Shown here in pieces: positions 38,623 to 48,281 of a stretch of DNA of 64,000 nt; the first letter of the stretch is position 1; each line of letters starts with the position of its first letter. Below the pieces are notes generated by a model. It was not told the origin of the DNA. It did no database searches and saw nothing but the letters and a program-made list of their open reading frames with translations. This DNA comes from an uncultured Gammaproteobacteria bacterium (GTDB lineage Bacteria; Patescibacteriota; Microgenomatia; Levybacterales; GWA1-39-11), in the NCBI GenBank assembly GCA_964641355.1, contig CAZXND010000002.1, positions 143,112-207,111 on the forward strand. Direction: 5' to 3'. The position numbers and the translations under genes are program-made.

Positions 38623-40929
38623 TTATACATTTTTACTTCTTACTAACATCGTGAATACAATAACTATTGAAACTCCCACAACCGACATTATAATACCCAC
38701 GAAAAAAATCTTTGGATCATAATAAAATTCTACAGTACTACTACCTTTTGGAACGACCACAGCTCTAAAAGCGTAATTTGCCTTTAATAGGGGACTATCT
38801 TTACCGTTTACCTTAACCTTCCAACCCGGATAATAATTATCTGAGAGAAAAAGTAATGCCGGATTAGTAACTTTTACGGTTATTTTTATATAATTAGGAT
38901 TTTCTTTGACAATTGTTGCAACACCTTGACCTTTTGATCTAATAAAATTCAAAGGCATCATATCTAAAATAAGCTTATTCCTAAAATCAAAATTCTTATC
39001 ATAAAATCGTTTGATCGCTTTTGTTTTATCCTTTATCAACTCGTAGTCAAAAAATAAAGTCGGACGCTTTAGGGCCTCTTTATTTTTATAGAGTACGAAT
39101 TTGTCATCCCTGAGCCGTGTTTCATATCTATTGGGATAATTCCATACAGGATACGCCCATGATTGATTAATATCAGAAATTGGAGTAAAAATATTTTCTA
39201 CTCCAAGAGTATCAAGAACTCTATTTGTATTTTGTGAAATTCGATTAAGCTTAACAACTGATCTTTCAGCCTTTTCGCGATTACCCGTCGAGGAAGAGCT
39301 GATCAACTCCCCATAACTTTCTATATAGAGAGGATCGTACCCTTCTATTAAAGAGATATGATAATAAGTACCCACTTGAGCCTCTAGATTTCCGAAAACT
39401 CTTTGATTGTCAACGGTCTTTTTAATCTTACTGATGATTGGCAGATCTATAAAAACGGACTCCTTCTGATCAAAAGGCATCCATTTCTTAACAAACCTCA
39501 GAGAATCATAAGATGAAAAAATTAACAAAACCAAAGATGTAACAATAAAAAACTTTTTGCTCTTTTTTAAATAGTTAACAAATATAAATAAAATGAAAAA
39601 CACCGTAAAAATAGTTGGAATAACCATATTTCGCATAGCAATCTGGCTTTTGCCCGGCTCTAAATGGCCAGAAAATAAATATATCCAAATTGAAAGTAAA
39701 AACGCTAAAGATAGAAATATTTGAATAACAATATTTTTCTTCTTTTCATTAATTAGAATAGCTATTCTGTCGTACCCAAACCCAGACAATACACAAATAG
39801 AGAAACTGAGCATAATAACTGCCCTTGAAGGATTACTTGTAGATAGAACTGGAATTCTGAATGCTCCAATTAACTCTTGGATCGACGAATCTAATGCAAA
39901 AATCAATGAAATTAAAGATGCGACTATGAAAAAAATAGTATATTTATTTTTCCTAGAAAAAGAGTACAAACCAAAGAGAACCGTTATAACTCCGACATAA
40001 CTTGCCCACTCTGCATATTGTCCTAACCAGTCATTTCGCGTGACCGGGTTACCGAAAAAGTCTGGGGAAAAAATTGTTATTAAATAATAAACAGGAATTC
40101 CTCCACCTATGTTAAAAACTGAACTACGGACCGAATTTAAATAGAACTCAATAGAGGGAAGAATCTGAACAGAACCTATTAAAATACCTGCAAAAAATGG
40201 AATAAATAATTTATAACTCTTTTTATCAAAAATAATGACGAATACCAAATACAAAAAGGAGAAAGATAATAAATAAAGGGTGGTTTGGAAATGTCCTGAA
40301 AAAATTGAAAGAACTATTCCCAATGCAGTGATAAAACTTCCCAGAGTAGTCTTATCTTGATTGTACAAGTTTATTCCATACAACACTAAAGGAAGAAATA
40401 AAATCGCATAAGAGAGAGTACCGTATGCCATCCAAACAACAATAAACCCACAGAACATGAAAGCAATACTTCCAAATAAACCACCAACAGTGCTTATTTT
40501 GAGGGTTCTTAAAAACAAAAACATAAAAATTCCAGCCAGTAGGGGTTGGAGAAAAATTAATATATCCCACGCATCAATAAATGGTAAGATAAAGAATATA
40601 ATATTAAAGGGTGAGAACACGGCAGTCTGGAAATTAGCTAGATGTGGACTTCCAGAAAAACTGTAGGGGTTCCAGAAGGGAATCAATCCGTTCTTCAACG
40701 ATTCAATAGTAAAATGTTTCCATGGAAAAATCTGAACAATAATATCTGGCATCGCTCCGTTTTTTACTGGACCCCAATATTCTTGAAAATAACTCCAAAG
40801 AGGAAAGTTGTTAACCTGATAAGTTGAAGGAAAAGAGGTCTTCCCTCCAATGTAATAAGGTAAGATAAAAATTAACCATAAAAAAATAATATAGAAATAT
40901 GGCCAAAATTTTTTAATTACTTTTAACAT
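38623..40929 (-). CDS. YfhO-family membrane glycosyltransferase, paralog 3
   Basis: IPFWNPYSFSGSPHLANFQTAVFSPFNIIFF; FSPDFFGNPVTRNDWLG; C-terminal NYYPGWKVKVNGKDSPLLKANYAFRAVVVPKGSS. Confidence 0.7.
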   Translation of the reverse strand: MLKVIKKFWPYFYIIFLWLIFILPYYIGGKTSFPSTYQVNNFPLWSYFQEYWGPVKNGAMPDIIVQIFPWKHFTIESLKNGLIPFWNPYSFSGSPHLANFQTAVFSPFNIIFFILPFIDAWDILIFLQPLLAGIFMFLFLRTLKISTVGGLFGSIAFMFCGFIVVWMAYGTLSYAILFLPLVLYGINLYNQDKTTLGSFITALGIVLSIFSGHFQTTLYLLSFSFLYLVFVIIFDKKSYKLFIPFFAGILIGSVQILPSIEFYLNSVRSSVFNIGGGIPVYYLITIFSPDFFGNPVTRNDWLGQYAEWASYVGVITVLFGLYSFSRKNKYTIFFIVASLISLIFALDSSIQELIGAFRIPVLSTSNPSRAVIMLSFSICVLSGFGYDRIAILINEKKKNIVIQIFLSLAFLLSIWIYLFSGHLEPGKSQIAMRNMVIPTIFTVFFILFIFVNYLKKSKKFFIVTSLVLLIFSSYDSLRFVKKWMPFDQKESVFIDLPIISKIKKTVDNQRVFGNLEAQVGTYYHISLIEGYDPLYIESYGELISSSSTGNREKAERSVVKLNRISQNTNRVLDTLGVENIFTPISDINQSWAYPVWNYPNRYETRLRDDKFVLYKNKEALKRPTLFFDYELIKDKTKAIKRFYDKNFDFRNKLILDMMPLNFIRSKGQGVATIVKENPNYIKITVKVTNPALLFLSDNYYPGWKVKVNGKDSPLLKANYAFRAVVVPKGSSTVEFYYDPKIFFVGIIMSVVGVSIVIVFTMLVRSKNV

Positions 40930-42595
40930 AACTCTTTAAAAAAACTAAAACTCCATAAATTAAAAAAATTACAATGCCTATAGCGCTTACAATATTTGAT
41001 AACAATCTTAATTTTGTTTCCGTAAATAGCAGCTTTAAACTGTGGGTTCCTTTATTCACATCAAAAGTAATAAGACCTCTACTATTCGGATCTTGGAATT
41101 GGGGATTAATCATCTGATTATCTAAAAAGACTTTCCAACCTGGAAAAAATAACGTATTCTCTCTAATCCTGGAATTTTCTTTTGCATTTATTTTATAGGT
41201 ATGATCTGTGCTCGTTCTTTTTTTCTGTACCAATTCTCCAGAACCACTAACAAATTCTATATTGGCTTTTGCCTTTTTCTCCATAAATCTAATCGACCAA
41301 ATGGGAGCACTTTCTCCAGTGTCTGTCGTTCCAAAATATATATTCTTATAAACAGAATCATTTTCTAATAAATATCCATTAGCTTTCCATTGATAAGAAT
41401 CAAATACTAAAATTGAAACGAATATAATCATGATAAGAAAAATGGTTCTTTTTGCACTCTTAATAAATACGAATGGGATTGCTCCTAGGAAAGATGTTGT
41501 AAATATTGTTACTGATAGAAATCTCCATGGAAACTGAAATTTTTGCAAAACCGTTAAAGTTTTCCATATTAGAACAGACTCCTTCGTCATTAAAAATAGA
41601 GAAAAAATACAGTAAATGAACATAAATAGAGAGAGTATAAAAAGGTTTTTATACTTAGTTCTATTTTTTGTAATAAGGCAAACTCCCAGAAAAACAAGTA
41701 ATACATGAATCCAACCTAATTGAAAACTAAAGTTTGGACTTCCTGAAAAACTCCAATCTGTTATAAAAAACCTATTCCAAGTTATAAAATGATTAAGATA
41801 ATCTTTTCCAGTAACAATATCTCTGAGTGTATATTTTCCTTCAAAAAAAGCTGGAATTAAAAAAAACGATGAAAGAATAAATCCAGAGAAGATAGAAAAA
41901 GTACTTATGAAAAATATTTTTACTTTATGATCAGATATTAAAACTAAAAAAAACACACTAAATAATACTATTGGTAAAAACATTATAGTTAAAGCGTTAT
42001 GAGATAAAATAAGAGAAGCAAAAGAAAAAGAAGATAGAAGTATTAAAAAATAAATTTTTCTATTCAATAAATCCAATTTTTCATTTTTTTGAATTTTAAA
42101 TAAAAAATAGAGCAAAAAAGGTAAGAAGACAAAAGATACGTGTTCACCAATAGCTCCTCTCACATATATATCTACGAATCTGTATGGTGCAGATAAATAG
42201 AGAACTCCTGATACTAAACCAGCAAATCTATTTCCAAAAACATTTTTAGTCCATAAGTACATCCCTATCCCACTCATAATGTAAGAAGAGAAAAATACAA
42301 GTTTATACGAGTCAGGGATAGAAAATCCTAGAAAAATAAATAACGAAGCTATATATGACGGTAGAGGATAAAGAAACATTAAGATTGGATGCCCATATCC
42401 CCAGTTTAAATTTCCTGCCCACCGTGGGATTATATTTCCGTCCGACAAGCTTTGATAAAAATTAGCGATTCTTGCCAAATGGTCTTTTCCGTCGTGGGTT
42501 AGAGGAATCCCTTGATTCAATAATGGTAATAGAACAAAAATTGAAAAAATTAAGAGCACAATAACTTCTACAAAATTCGTGCGTGACATATTCAA
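40913..42595 (-). CDS. polytopic membrane protein family C (HDG...PRW...GYG), paralog 2
   Basis: LTHDGKDHLARIANFYQSLSDGNIIPRWAGNLNWGYGHPILMFLYPLP; C-terminal LFFPGWKVFLDNQ...GTHSLKLLF plus terminal TM. Confidence 0.55.
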   Translation of the reverse strand: MNMSRTNFVEVIVLLIFSIFVLLPLLNQGIPLTHDGKDHLARIANFYQSLSDGNIIPRWAGNLNWGYGHPILMFLYPLPSYIASLFIFLGFSIPDSYKLVFFSSYIMSGIGMYLWTKNVFGNRFAGLVSGVLYLSAPYRFVDIYVRGAIGEHVSFVFLPFLLYFLFKIQKNEKLDLLNRKIYFLILLSSFSFASLILSHNALTIMFLPIVLFSVFFLVLISDHKVKIFFISTFSIFSGFILSSFFLIPAFFEGKYTLRDIVTGKDYLNHFITWNRFFITDWSFSGSPNFSFQLGWIHVLLVFLGVCLITKNRTKYKNLFILSLFMFIYCIFSLFLMTKESVLIWKTLTVLQKFQFPWRFLSVTIFTTSFLGAIPFVFIKSAKRTIFLIMIIFVSILVFDSYQWKANGYLLENDSVYKNIYFGTTDTGESAPIWSIRFMEKKAKANIEFVSGSGELVQKKRTSTDHTYKINAKENSRIRENTLFFPGWKVFLDNQMINPQFQDPNSRGLITFDVNKGTHSLKLLFTETKLRLLSNIVSAIGIVIFLIYGVLVFLKSYVKSN

Positions 42596-43491
42596 CTATA
42601 ACTTCCTTTTCCAAACTTTCTTATGAAAAAATCTATTGCACCTACTCGCTGCCATTTCCTACCAGATATAATCAAACTAATTCCCTCTTTTATCAGAAAA
42701 AGCTTGCTTTTGATCGGTGCAAATTTAATTCCAAAAAGCAGTCTATTTCGAGTAATATAATAATCTTGAAGAGATGAACCAGAGCCACCAGAAGACGATG
42801 CATTACTATGCCAAATTATTGCACGAGGTACAAAAATAATTTTATAACCTAAATTTTTAAATCTCATTGATAAATCAGTATCTTCATAATAAAGAAAATA
42901 CTTTTCATCAAATAAGCCTACCCTTTTGAGTGCGCTTTTTTTTATTAACATGCAACATCCTGATGCAAAATCAGTTTCTCCACCACTGTATTGATCTATA
43001 TCAACTTCATCAACTCCTCTATGCTCGCCCATTACAGTGTTCCAATTCATTATTCCTCCTGCGTACCAAATAACTTTCCCTAATTGGTTTTTTTGGTATC
43101 GAGATTTATGGAATTCACTTCCTTCAGAAAAGTAAATCTTTGGAGAAGCAATCCCTGTATCTTCATTTTGAAATGATGAAAGAAGATAATTAATAGAGCT
43201 TGACTCCAAGATTGTGTCATTGTTAAGAACTAAAATATAATCCGCTTTATTTAAAATTTTTTTTATAATTAAATTATGCCCACTAGCAAAACCAAGATTT
43301 TTTTCGCTCTTTATAACTTCCAAATTCAAGGAATATTCCTGCTCTTTCAATTCAAATTCATCTGAAGCATTATCTAGAAGATAAACAAACAAGCTTACAT
43401 CTTTGTTAAGCTTGAGATTCTGAATAGAATCAAGACATTTTTTCGTAGCTAAAAGGCTATTATAATTTATTAATGAAATATATAAATTCAT
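42592..43491 (-). CDS. family 2 glycosyltransferase
   Basis: LYISLINYNS...YLLDNASDE...NLGFASGHN...VLNNDT; 299 aa. Confidence 0.65.
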   Translation of the reverse strand: MNLYISLINYNSLLATKKCLDSIQNLKLNKDVSLFVYLLDNASDEFELKEQEYSLNLEVIKSEKNLGFASGHNLIIKKILNKADYILVLNNDTILESSSINYLLSSFQNEDTGIASPKIYFSEGSEFHKSRYQKNQLGKVIWYAGGIMNWNTVMGEHRGVDEVDIDQYSGGETDFASGCCMLIKKSALKRVGLFDEKYFLYYEDTDLSMRFKNLGYKIIFVPRAIIWHSNASSSGGSGSSLQDYYITRNRLLFGIKFAPIKSKLFLIKEGISLIISGRKWQRVGAIDFFIRKFGKGSYS

Positions 43492-43496
43492 TTAAA

Positions 43497-44399
43497 TTAG
43501 AGAGGCAATTTCTTTTTTACATTCCAGAAAACTTTTTTAATTCTATTCTTCTCTCTTTTTCTCTTTTCTTCATAAATCCAAAATCTGATTTCTTTTGCTG
43601 AATCTCTACTCCCTAATTCAAAGTCATAAAGAGAATCATTGGTAGATTCAAATCCTTGACTTTCCCAAACTCTTGATAAAACAATTAAGTGGTAAAAAGC
43701 CATGAATAATGACAGAACCAAACCGTGAATACCATCTTTATATCCATGTTGATAAAAAAATCTTCTGACGAACTCTGACGCTGGATTTCTTATAAAGTCC
43801 GAACGGTTTAATTTATAACCGGAGCGAATTAAATTTTCCGATTCAGATGGTGTATAGATCCTATTGAGCTTATCAAGAAATTGGGTAATTGTTTCATAAT
43901 TCAAGTGTAATATATTTTCATTTAGTGTGCCTGTCTCTCCGCTTACCTCAATCATTTCATGTACATGTTTTTCGGGAAATTTTCCAGATCCATTTTTAAA
44001 CAGTCTAAGTTGATAATCAGGATACCAACCCGTATGCTCTATCCATTTTCCAAATATTATGTTTTTTCTTGGGATATTGTACGCGTTAAAATCCATCTTA
44101 TGTCTCAGTATGTTTTTGATTTCTTGCCTCAACTCCTCTGTCACCCTTTCATCTGCATCTAACGATAGAATAAAATCTCCTTTTGCTTTTGAAAAACCAA
44201 AATTTTTATTTACATTTAACATTAAATTATTATCTCTTTTAAATATATTCTTTGTATACTCAGAGGCGATTTCATAAGTTTTATCACTCGAAGAATTATC
44301 AATTACAATAACCTCGTCTGCAAACTTAACTGACTCAAGACAGTCTTTAATTTTCTTTTCTTCGTTAAAAGCCGATATTACTACAGATAGAGTTCTCAT
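43497..44399 (-). CDS. family 2 glycosyltransferase (paralog of 12876..13664)
   Basis: LSVVISAFNEEKKI...VIVIDNSSSDKT...SLDADERV...WYPDYQLRLFKNGSGKFPEKHVHE. Confidence 0.7.
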   Translation of the reverse strand: MRTLSVVISAFNEEKKIKDCLESVKFADEVIVIDNSSSDKTYEIASEYTKNIFKRDNNLMLNVNKNFGFSKAKGDFILSLDADERVTEELRQEIKNILRHKMDFNAYNIPRKNIIFGKWIEHTGWYPDYQLRLFKNGSGKFPEKHVHEMIEVSGETGTLNENILHLNYETITQFLDKLNRIYTPSESENLIRSGYKLNRSDFIRNPASEFVRRFFYQHGYKDGIHGLVLSLFMAFYHLIVLSRVWESQGFESTNDSLYDFELGSRDSAKEIRFWIYEEKRKREKNRIKKVFWNVKKKLPL

Positions 44400-45850
44400 T
44401 CTTTAATTGACCGTTTCACAAAGGTAAGAGTTTTTAGTAAATCATCTTTTGCTATCGCAAATAAAATTATACCGTAAAAAGTACCAGCAACAACTACCCA
44501 TAAAAGAAGAATATAAATATTAGTTAGAATCCCTCTAGTAAGCAAAATAAAGATACCCATAAGAAGAGCAGCAAAAAACTGCCTACCCACAGGTTTTATC
44601 AATGAAAATTCTACATGTTTCCTAGCAATTAGAATAACAAAGACTGAAGAGAGAGAAATTAAAAATGAAGCAAATGCTACGCCGTTATATCCTATTTTTT
44701 GTATAAAAAAGAAGGTTGCTATCCAAGTTGATATCGTCCAAAAAATCATAAAATTTAAAGTTGTTTTTACCTTTCCTATAGCATTAAGGAAATTTGTGAG
44801 AGGGGTTGAAATGGAAGAAAAAACTGTGTTTAAAGCAAAAAATGTCAAAGATAAAAGAGCAGGCTCCCATTTTTGATACCTCGGGATATATTCAATAAAA
44901 TACGGAGAAAGCAATATTATTCCAACTGCAGCGGGAAAAATAACAGAAGAAACTAGAAAAAGAGACTTCTCAATTGCAAGTCTAAGAGCGCTCTTATCAT
45001 GCTGAAGTCTACTATAAGAAGGGAATGTTATCCTAATTACGTTATCCATCACAAGCCTAAGTGGCATGAATGCCCATTTTTGAGAAAATCCTATAAATCC
45101 CACCTGAGAAAGCGGTAGGACCTTTCCAATATATACATTAAGCAAATCATCTTTAAACAATGCCAGAATACTATTGGTTTGAAATGGAATTCCAAATGTA
45201 AGCAATCTCTTCAAGACGCCTCTATCAAACGAGACTCCAATTTCCCAAGGTTGGATCCAATAAATTACAACTAAACCAAGAAAACTTCTAGCAAGCACTG
45301 CTATTGTAAAACTTGTTATACCAAAACCCGTCACCGCAAAAAATATAAGACAAAGATTGTAAATTAAATTTTCGGCAATTTCGGGTACAACAAGTTTATT
45401 AAAATCTAGTTTTCTTTCAAGAATTATTGTGGGAATAGTCTTTAGCGATGAAGCAAAAAATGAAATTAATAATGCATTGAACAAAATTATTCCAGAATTA
45501 TTCAAATGATAAAAATGACCAATTTTAGACGAAAAAACTGCTGCTGGAACAATCAATGATAATACTAATATTTGTTGGATTGTAAAAGTTGTTCTTAAGT
45601 CTTTTACTGTTGGCTCTTCTTTCATCTGAATAAGAGACGCCGCCAAACCAATATCTTGAAAATAGTTAAGAAATACAACTATTGAAGAAACAACAAAAAA
45701 GATTCCAAAACTCTTAGGGTCAAGAAAAATTGTTAAAACCAGGCTAGCAATTACAGAAAGAATTTGTATTAAAAAGGTCCTTGAAACCAAAGCAAATACA
45801 CCCTTAACCGACTTTTTTGCAATTAGCTCTAATTCTAATTCTTCTTCCAT
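44396..45850 (-). CDS. MOP-superfamily oligosaccharide flippase (Wzx-like), second copy
   Basis: 484 aa, about 12-14 TM helices, 4-bp overlap with the upstream GT2. Confidence 0.55.
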   Translation of the reverse strand: MEEELELELIAKKSVKGVFALVSRTFLIQILSVIASLVLTIFLDPKSFGIFFVVSSIVVFLNYFQDIGLAASLIQMKEEPTVKDLRTTFTIQQILVLSLIVPAAVFSSKIGHFYHLNNSGIILFNALLISFFASSLKTIPTIILERKLDFNKLVVPEIAENLIYNLCLIFFAVTGFGITSFTIAVLARSFLGLVVIYWIQPWEIGVSFDRGVLKRLLTFGIPFQTNSILALFKDDLLNVYIGKVLPLSQVGFIGFSQKWAFMPLRLVMDNVIRITFPSYSRLQHDKSALRLAIEKSLFLVSSVIFPAAVGIILLSPYFIEYIPRYQKWEPALLSLTFFALNTVFSSISTPLTNFLNAIGKVKTTLNFMIFWTISTWIATFFFIQKIGYNGVAFASFLISLSSVFVILIARKHVEFSLIKPVGRQFFAALLMGIFILLTRGILTNIYILLLWVVVAGTFYGIILFAIAKDDLLKTLTFVKRSIKE

Positions 45851-45876
45851 GAATATCCAACGCTTAGTGTGTACCT

Positions 45877-46617
45877 TTAAAATCTTTTATTCTTCAAGTC
45901 CCACCAGAGAATAAAACTTTCAAGTACCGCCCTAATAATTACAGGGATATTTCCTCCGCTTTGATTGCCAAACTTACGAGGCAAGTGATTTACCTCGACT
46001 TGAGCGATCTTAAGTTTTTTTCTCTTTGCTTTAGCTAAAATTTCTGTTGTAATCATTGCCCCTTCAGATCTTAATGGCATTATCTCTTTTACTGCGTGTT
46101 GAGTAAACATCTTAAAACCACAATCGATATCTTTAAAATAAAAACCGAAAAATATAAAATCCCACACCTTCAACATGTTCATTAATAGGTGCCGAACAAG
46201 ATTGTCTTTTCTACTACTTCTAAAACCTATTACCATATCGTTGGTTTTTATTTTATCAATAAACTTTATGACTTCTGAGAAATCGAATTGACCATCACCA
46301 TCATTAAAGACTATGTATTTATAGGAAGAATTATTAAAACCTTCTTTTAGAGCAGCCCCGTAACCTCTGTTTGGACTATGTGAAATCACCTTTAGATTTT
46401 TGTTCTTTTTCTCCCATTCAATTGCCTTTTTAAGCGTCCCGTCGCTTGAACCATCGTCTATCAGGACTATCTCCCACTTATTTGCGATTTTATCGGCAAC
46501 TACGATCGCCTTTCCAACAACTTCATCTATATTTTTTTCCTCATTCCAAAATGGAAAAAAGATGGATAGTTCAGATAATTTTCCCGGCATTAGCTTATTC
46601 TCCTTAAAAAAGGCCAT
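45877..46617 (-). CDS. GT2, DPM1/GtrB-like polyprenyl-phosphate sugar synthase
   Basis: LSIFFPFWNEEKNI...IVLIDDGSSDGT...NRGYGAALKEGF...VFNDGDGQFD...DIDCGFKMF. Confidence 0.65.
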   Translation of the reverse strand: MAFFKENKLMPGKLSELSIFFPFWNEEKNIDEVVGKAIVVADKIANKWEIVLIDDGSSDGTLKKAIEWEKKNKNLKVISHSPNRGYGAALKEGFNNSSYKYIVFNDGDGQFDFSEVIKFIDKIKTNDMVIGFRSSRKDNLVRHLLMNMLKVWDFIFFGFYFKDIDCGFKMFTQHAVKEIMPLRSEGAMITTEILAKAKRKKLKIAQVEVNHLPRKFGNQSGGNIPVIIRAVLESFILWWDLKNKRF

Positions 46618-48281
46618 CTAATTATACCAATAATAATTGTTAAAATAGTAACTAAAGAAATTAAATTAGATATATTTTCCAAAAGCGTTTGTCTAATCTT
46701 TAAAGAGATATTATAACTTCCATTCGTTAAATCAACATAAAGTCCATCATTTTTTATTTTAAAAGTTGTGTTTCTATCATTAACCTTCAAATCCCAAGAA
46801 TGAGAAGGAGTTCTATTTATTCGTATAGTTGCATTATCTTCCAAATTAATTACCCCACTTACACCTATCTTGTCCTCTTGCTTAATTTTAAGCTGAGCTT
46901 CTCCAGAAACAATTTCTATAGGGTTTTTCGGTATTTGATGCTCTGAATTAGGTTTTATAAAATTTTTTGGTAAATATTCATCAGATATTTTTGAAACATT
47001 CCAAAGAAGATAAGAGTTATTTGTGTAATAGTTTACATCCTTTAAATACAAAAATTGAGGCGTAAATAATTTACTATTATTATAGATAGTTAACCCAATG
47101 ACTAAAACCGTTAAGGCAAAGATCAAAAATCTACTTTTAATAAACCAGAAAGCCTCTACAAATATAAAACCTACAATTACTGAGACGAATAAAGAAGTGA
47201 AATTTAAGAATCTCCAAGGATACTGAAGAAAAGAAGCAAATGGAATTGTTCGCCATATTATTTCCGAAACAGAGGACATCATAAAAATAGAAATGAACAG
47301 AGAAAATATAGAAAAAACAACGAACATATTTTTTCGAGTTTCGTTGAACTTTATTAACGATATGACTAGAGAAAGAATTACTAGTGCAATATTCAATTTT
47401 CCAAGCCTAAAGCTCATTCCATCAATGCAACCTGGCGCAGAACCTCCAAAACCCCAAGTACTTTCCCAAAATTGACTCAAGCATACAAAATGGTCTTTAA
47501 AATTTGCTCCTCCACCTATTTGAGAACTGAGGTTAGTACTGGACGACTCAAAAACCGCAGGTAAAGAATAAAAGGATGATGCCAAAAGTCCCCCAATACA
47601 TGCAGCAGAGACAAGAACTAGATATTTCTTCTTCTTTTTCGTATAGAATACAGAAATAGCTACAAAGATTAACAAAAAGAATAAAAGCATAAAAGACGTG
47701 AGATTATGAGATATTATTACCAAAAAAAGGAAGATTGAAGTAATCAAACTCCATCTCACATTGTGGGTTTTAAAAATCTTCATCATTCCGAAAAATACAA
47801 GCGGAATAAACGAATATGCCCAAAGCTCATCCAAATCCCCTCTAACATAAATATTAAGGGCATGATATGGGAAATATAGATACACAACGGATGATACTAT
47901 TCCAGAAAGAGTGCCGAATAAGTCTTTTACTAGAATAAACATCGACATTCCAGACAATATAATTGCTAAAATAAAAACTAGCTTGGTAGAAATAAGCGCA
48001 TTAAATCCTAAAATATTTAGTATTCCACCAATATAGTATGGGAAGGGAGAATAGAAATTAAAAATTGGGTAACCATAACCATATCCCAAATCCTCAACCC
48101 ATCTTACAGGGAATACACCCCTTTTTAACTCTTTCCCCATTTCATAAACTCTTGCTACCTGCGTATCATCATGGATTGAAAAAAAACCTTTTTGAAAAAA
48201 GGGTAAAAAAGTGATAACACTTATTATTAAAATAAGAAAAAAAGCCAAATATAACTTGTACGTATTATTGATAAATCTCAT
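46590..48281 (-). CDS. polytopic membrane protein family C, paralog 3 (tandem with 48278..49846)
   Basis: FSIHDDTQVARVYEMGKELKRGVFPVRWVEDLGYGYGYPIFNFYSPFP; 563 aa; the C-terminal domain lacks the YFPGW block found in the other paralogs. Confidence 0.55.
   Translation of the reverse strand: MRFINNTYKLYLAFFLILIISVITFLPFFQKGFFSIHDDTQVARVYEMGKELKRGVFPVRWVEDLGYGYGYPIFNFYSPFPYYIGGILNILGFNALISTKLVFILAIILSGMSMFILVKDLFGTLSGIVSSVVYLYFPYHALNIYVRGDLDELWAYSFIPLVFFGMMKIFKTHNVRWSLITSIFLFLVIISHNLTSFMLLFFLLIFVAISVFYTKKKKKYLVLVSAACIGGLLASSFYSLPAVFESSSTNLSSQIGGGANFKDHFVCLSQFWESTWGFGGSAPGCIDGMSFRLGKLNIALVILSLVISLIKFNETRKNMFVVFSIFSLFISIFMMSSVSEIIWRTIPFASFLQYPWRFLNFTSLFVSVIVGFIFVEAFWFIKSRFLIFALTVLVIGLTIYNNSKLFTPQFLYLKDVNYYTNNSYLLWNVSKISDEYLPKNFIKPNSEHQIPKNPIEIVSGEAQLKIKQEDKIGVSGVINLEDNATIRINRTPSHSWDLKVNDRNTTFKIKNDGLYVDLTNGSYNISLKIRQTLLENISNLISLVTILTIIIGIIRWPFLRRIS

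Noticed and set aside
1196-44277. Numerous 60-110-aa plus-strand ORFs inside the large minus-strand genes (for example 1196..1381, 2085..2342, 5499..5726, 19364..19696, 31091..31414, 44059..44277)
   Set aside because: They sit antisense, or in alternate frames, of well-supported long genes with recognisable motifs. Their Phe/Leu/Ile/Lys-rich compositions are typical of shadow ORFs in AT-rich sequence.
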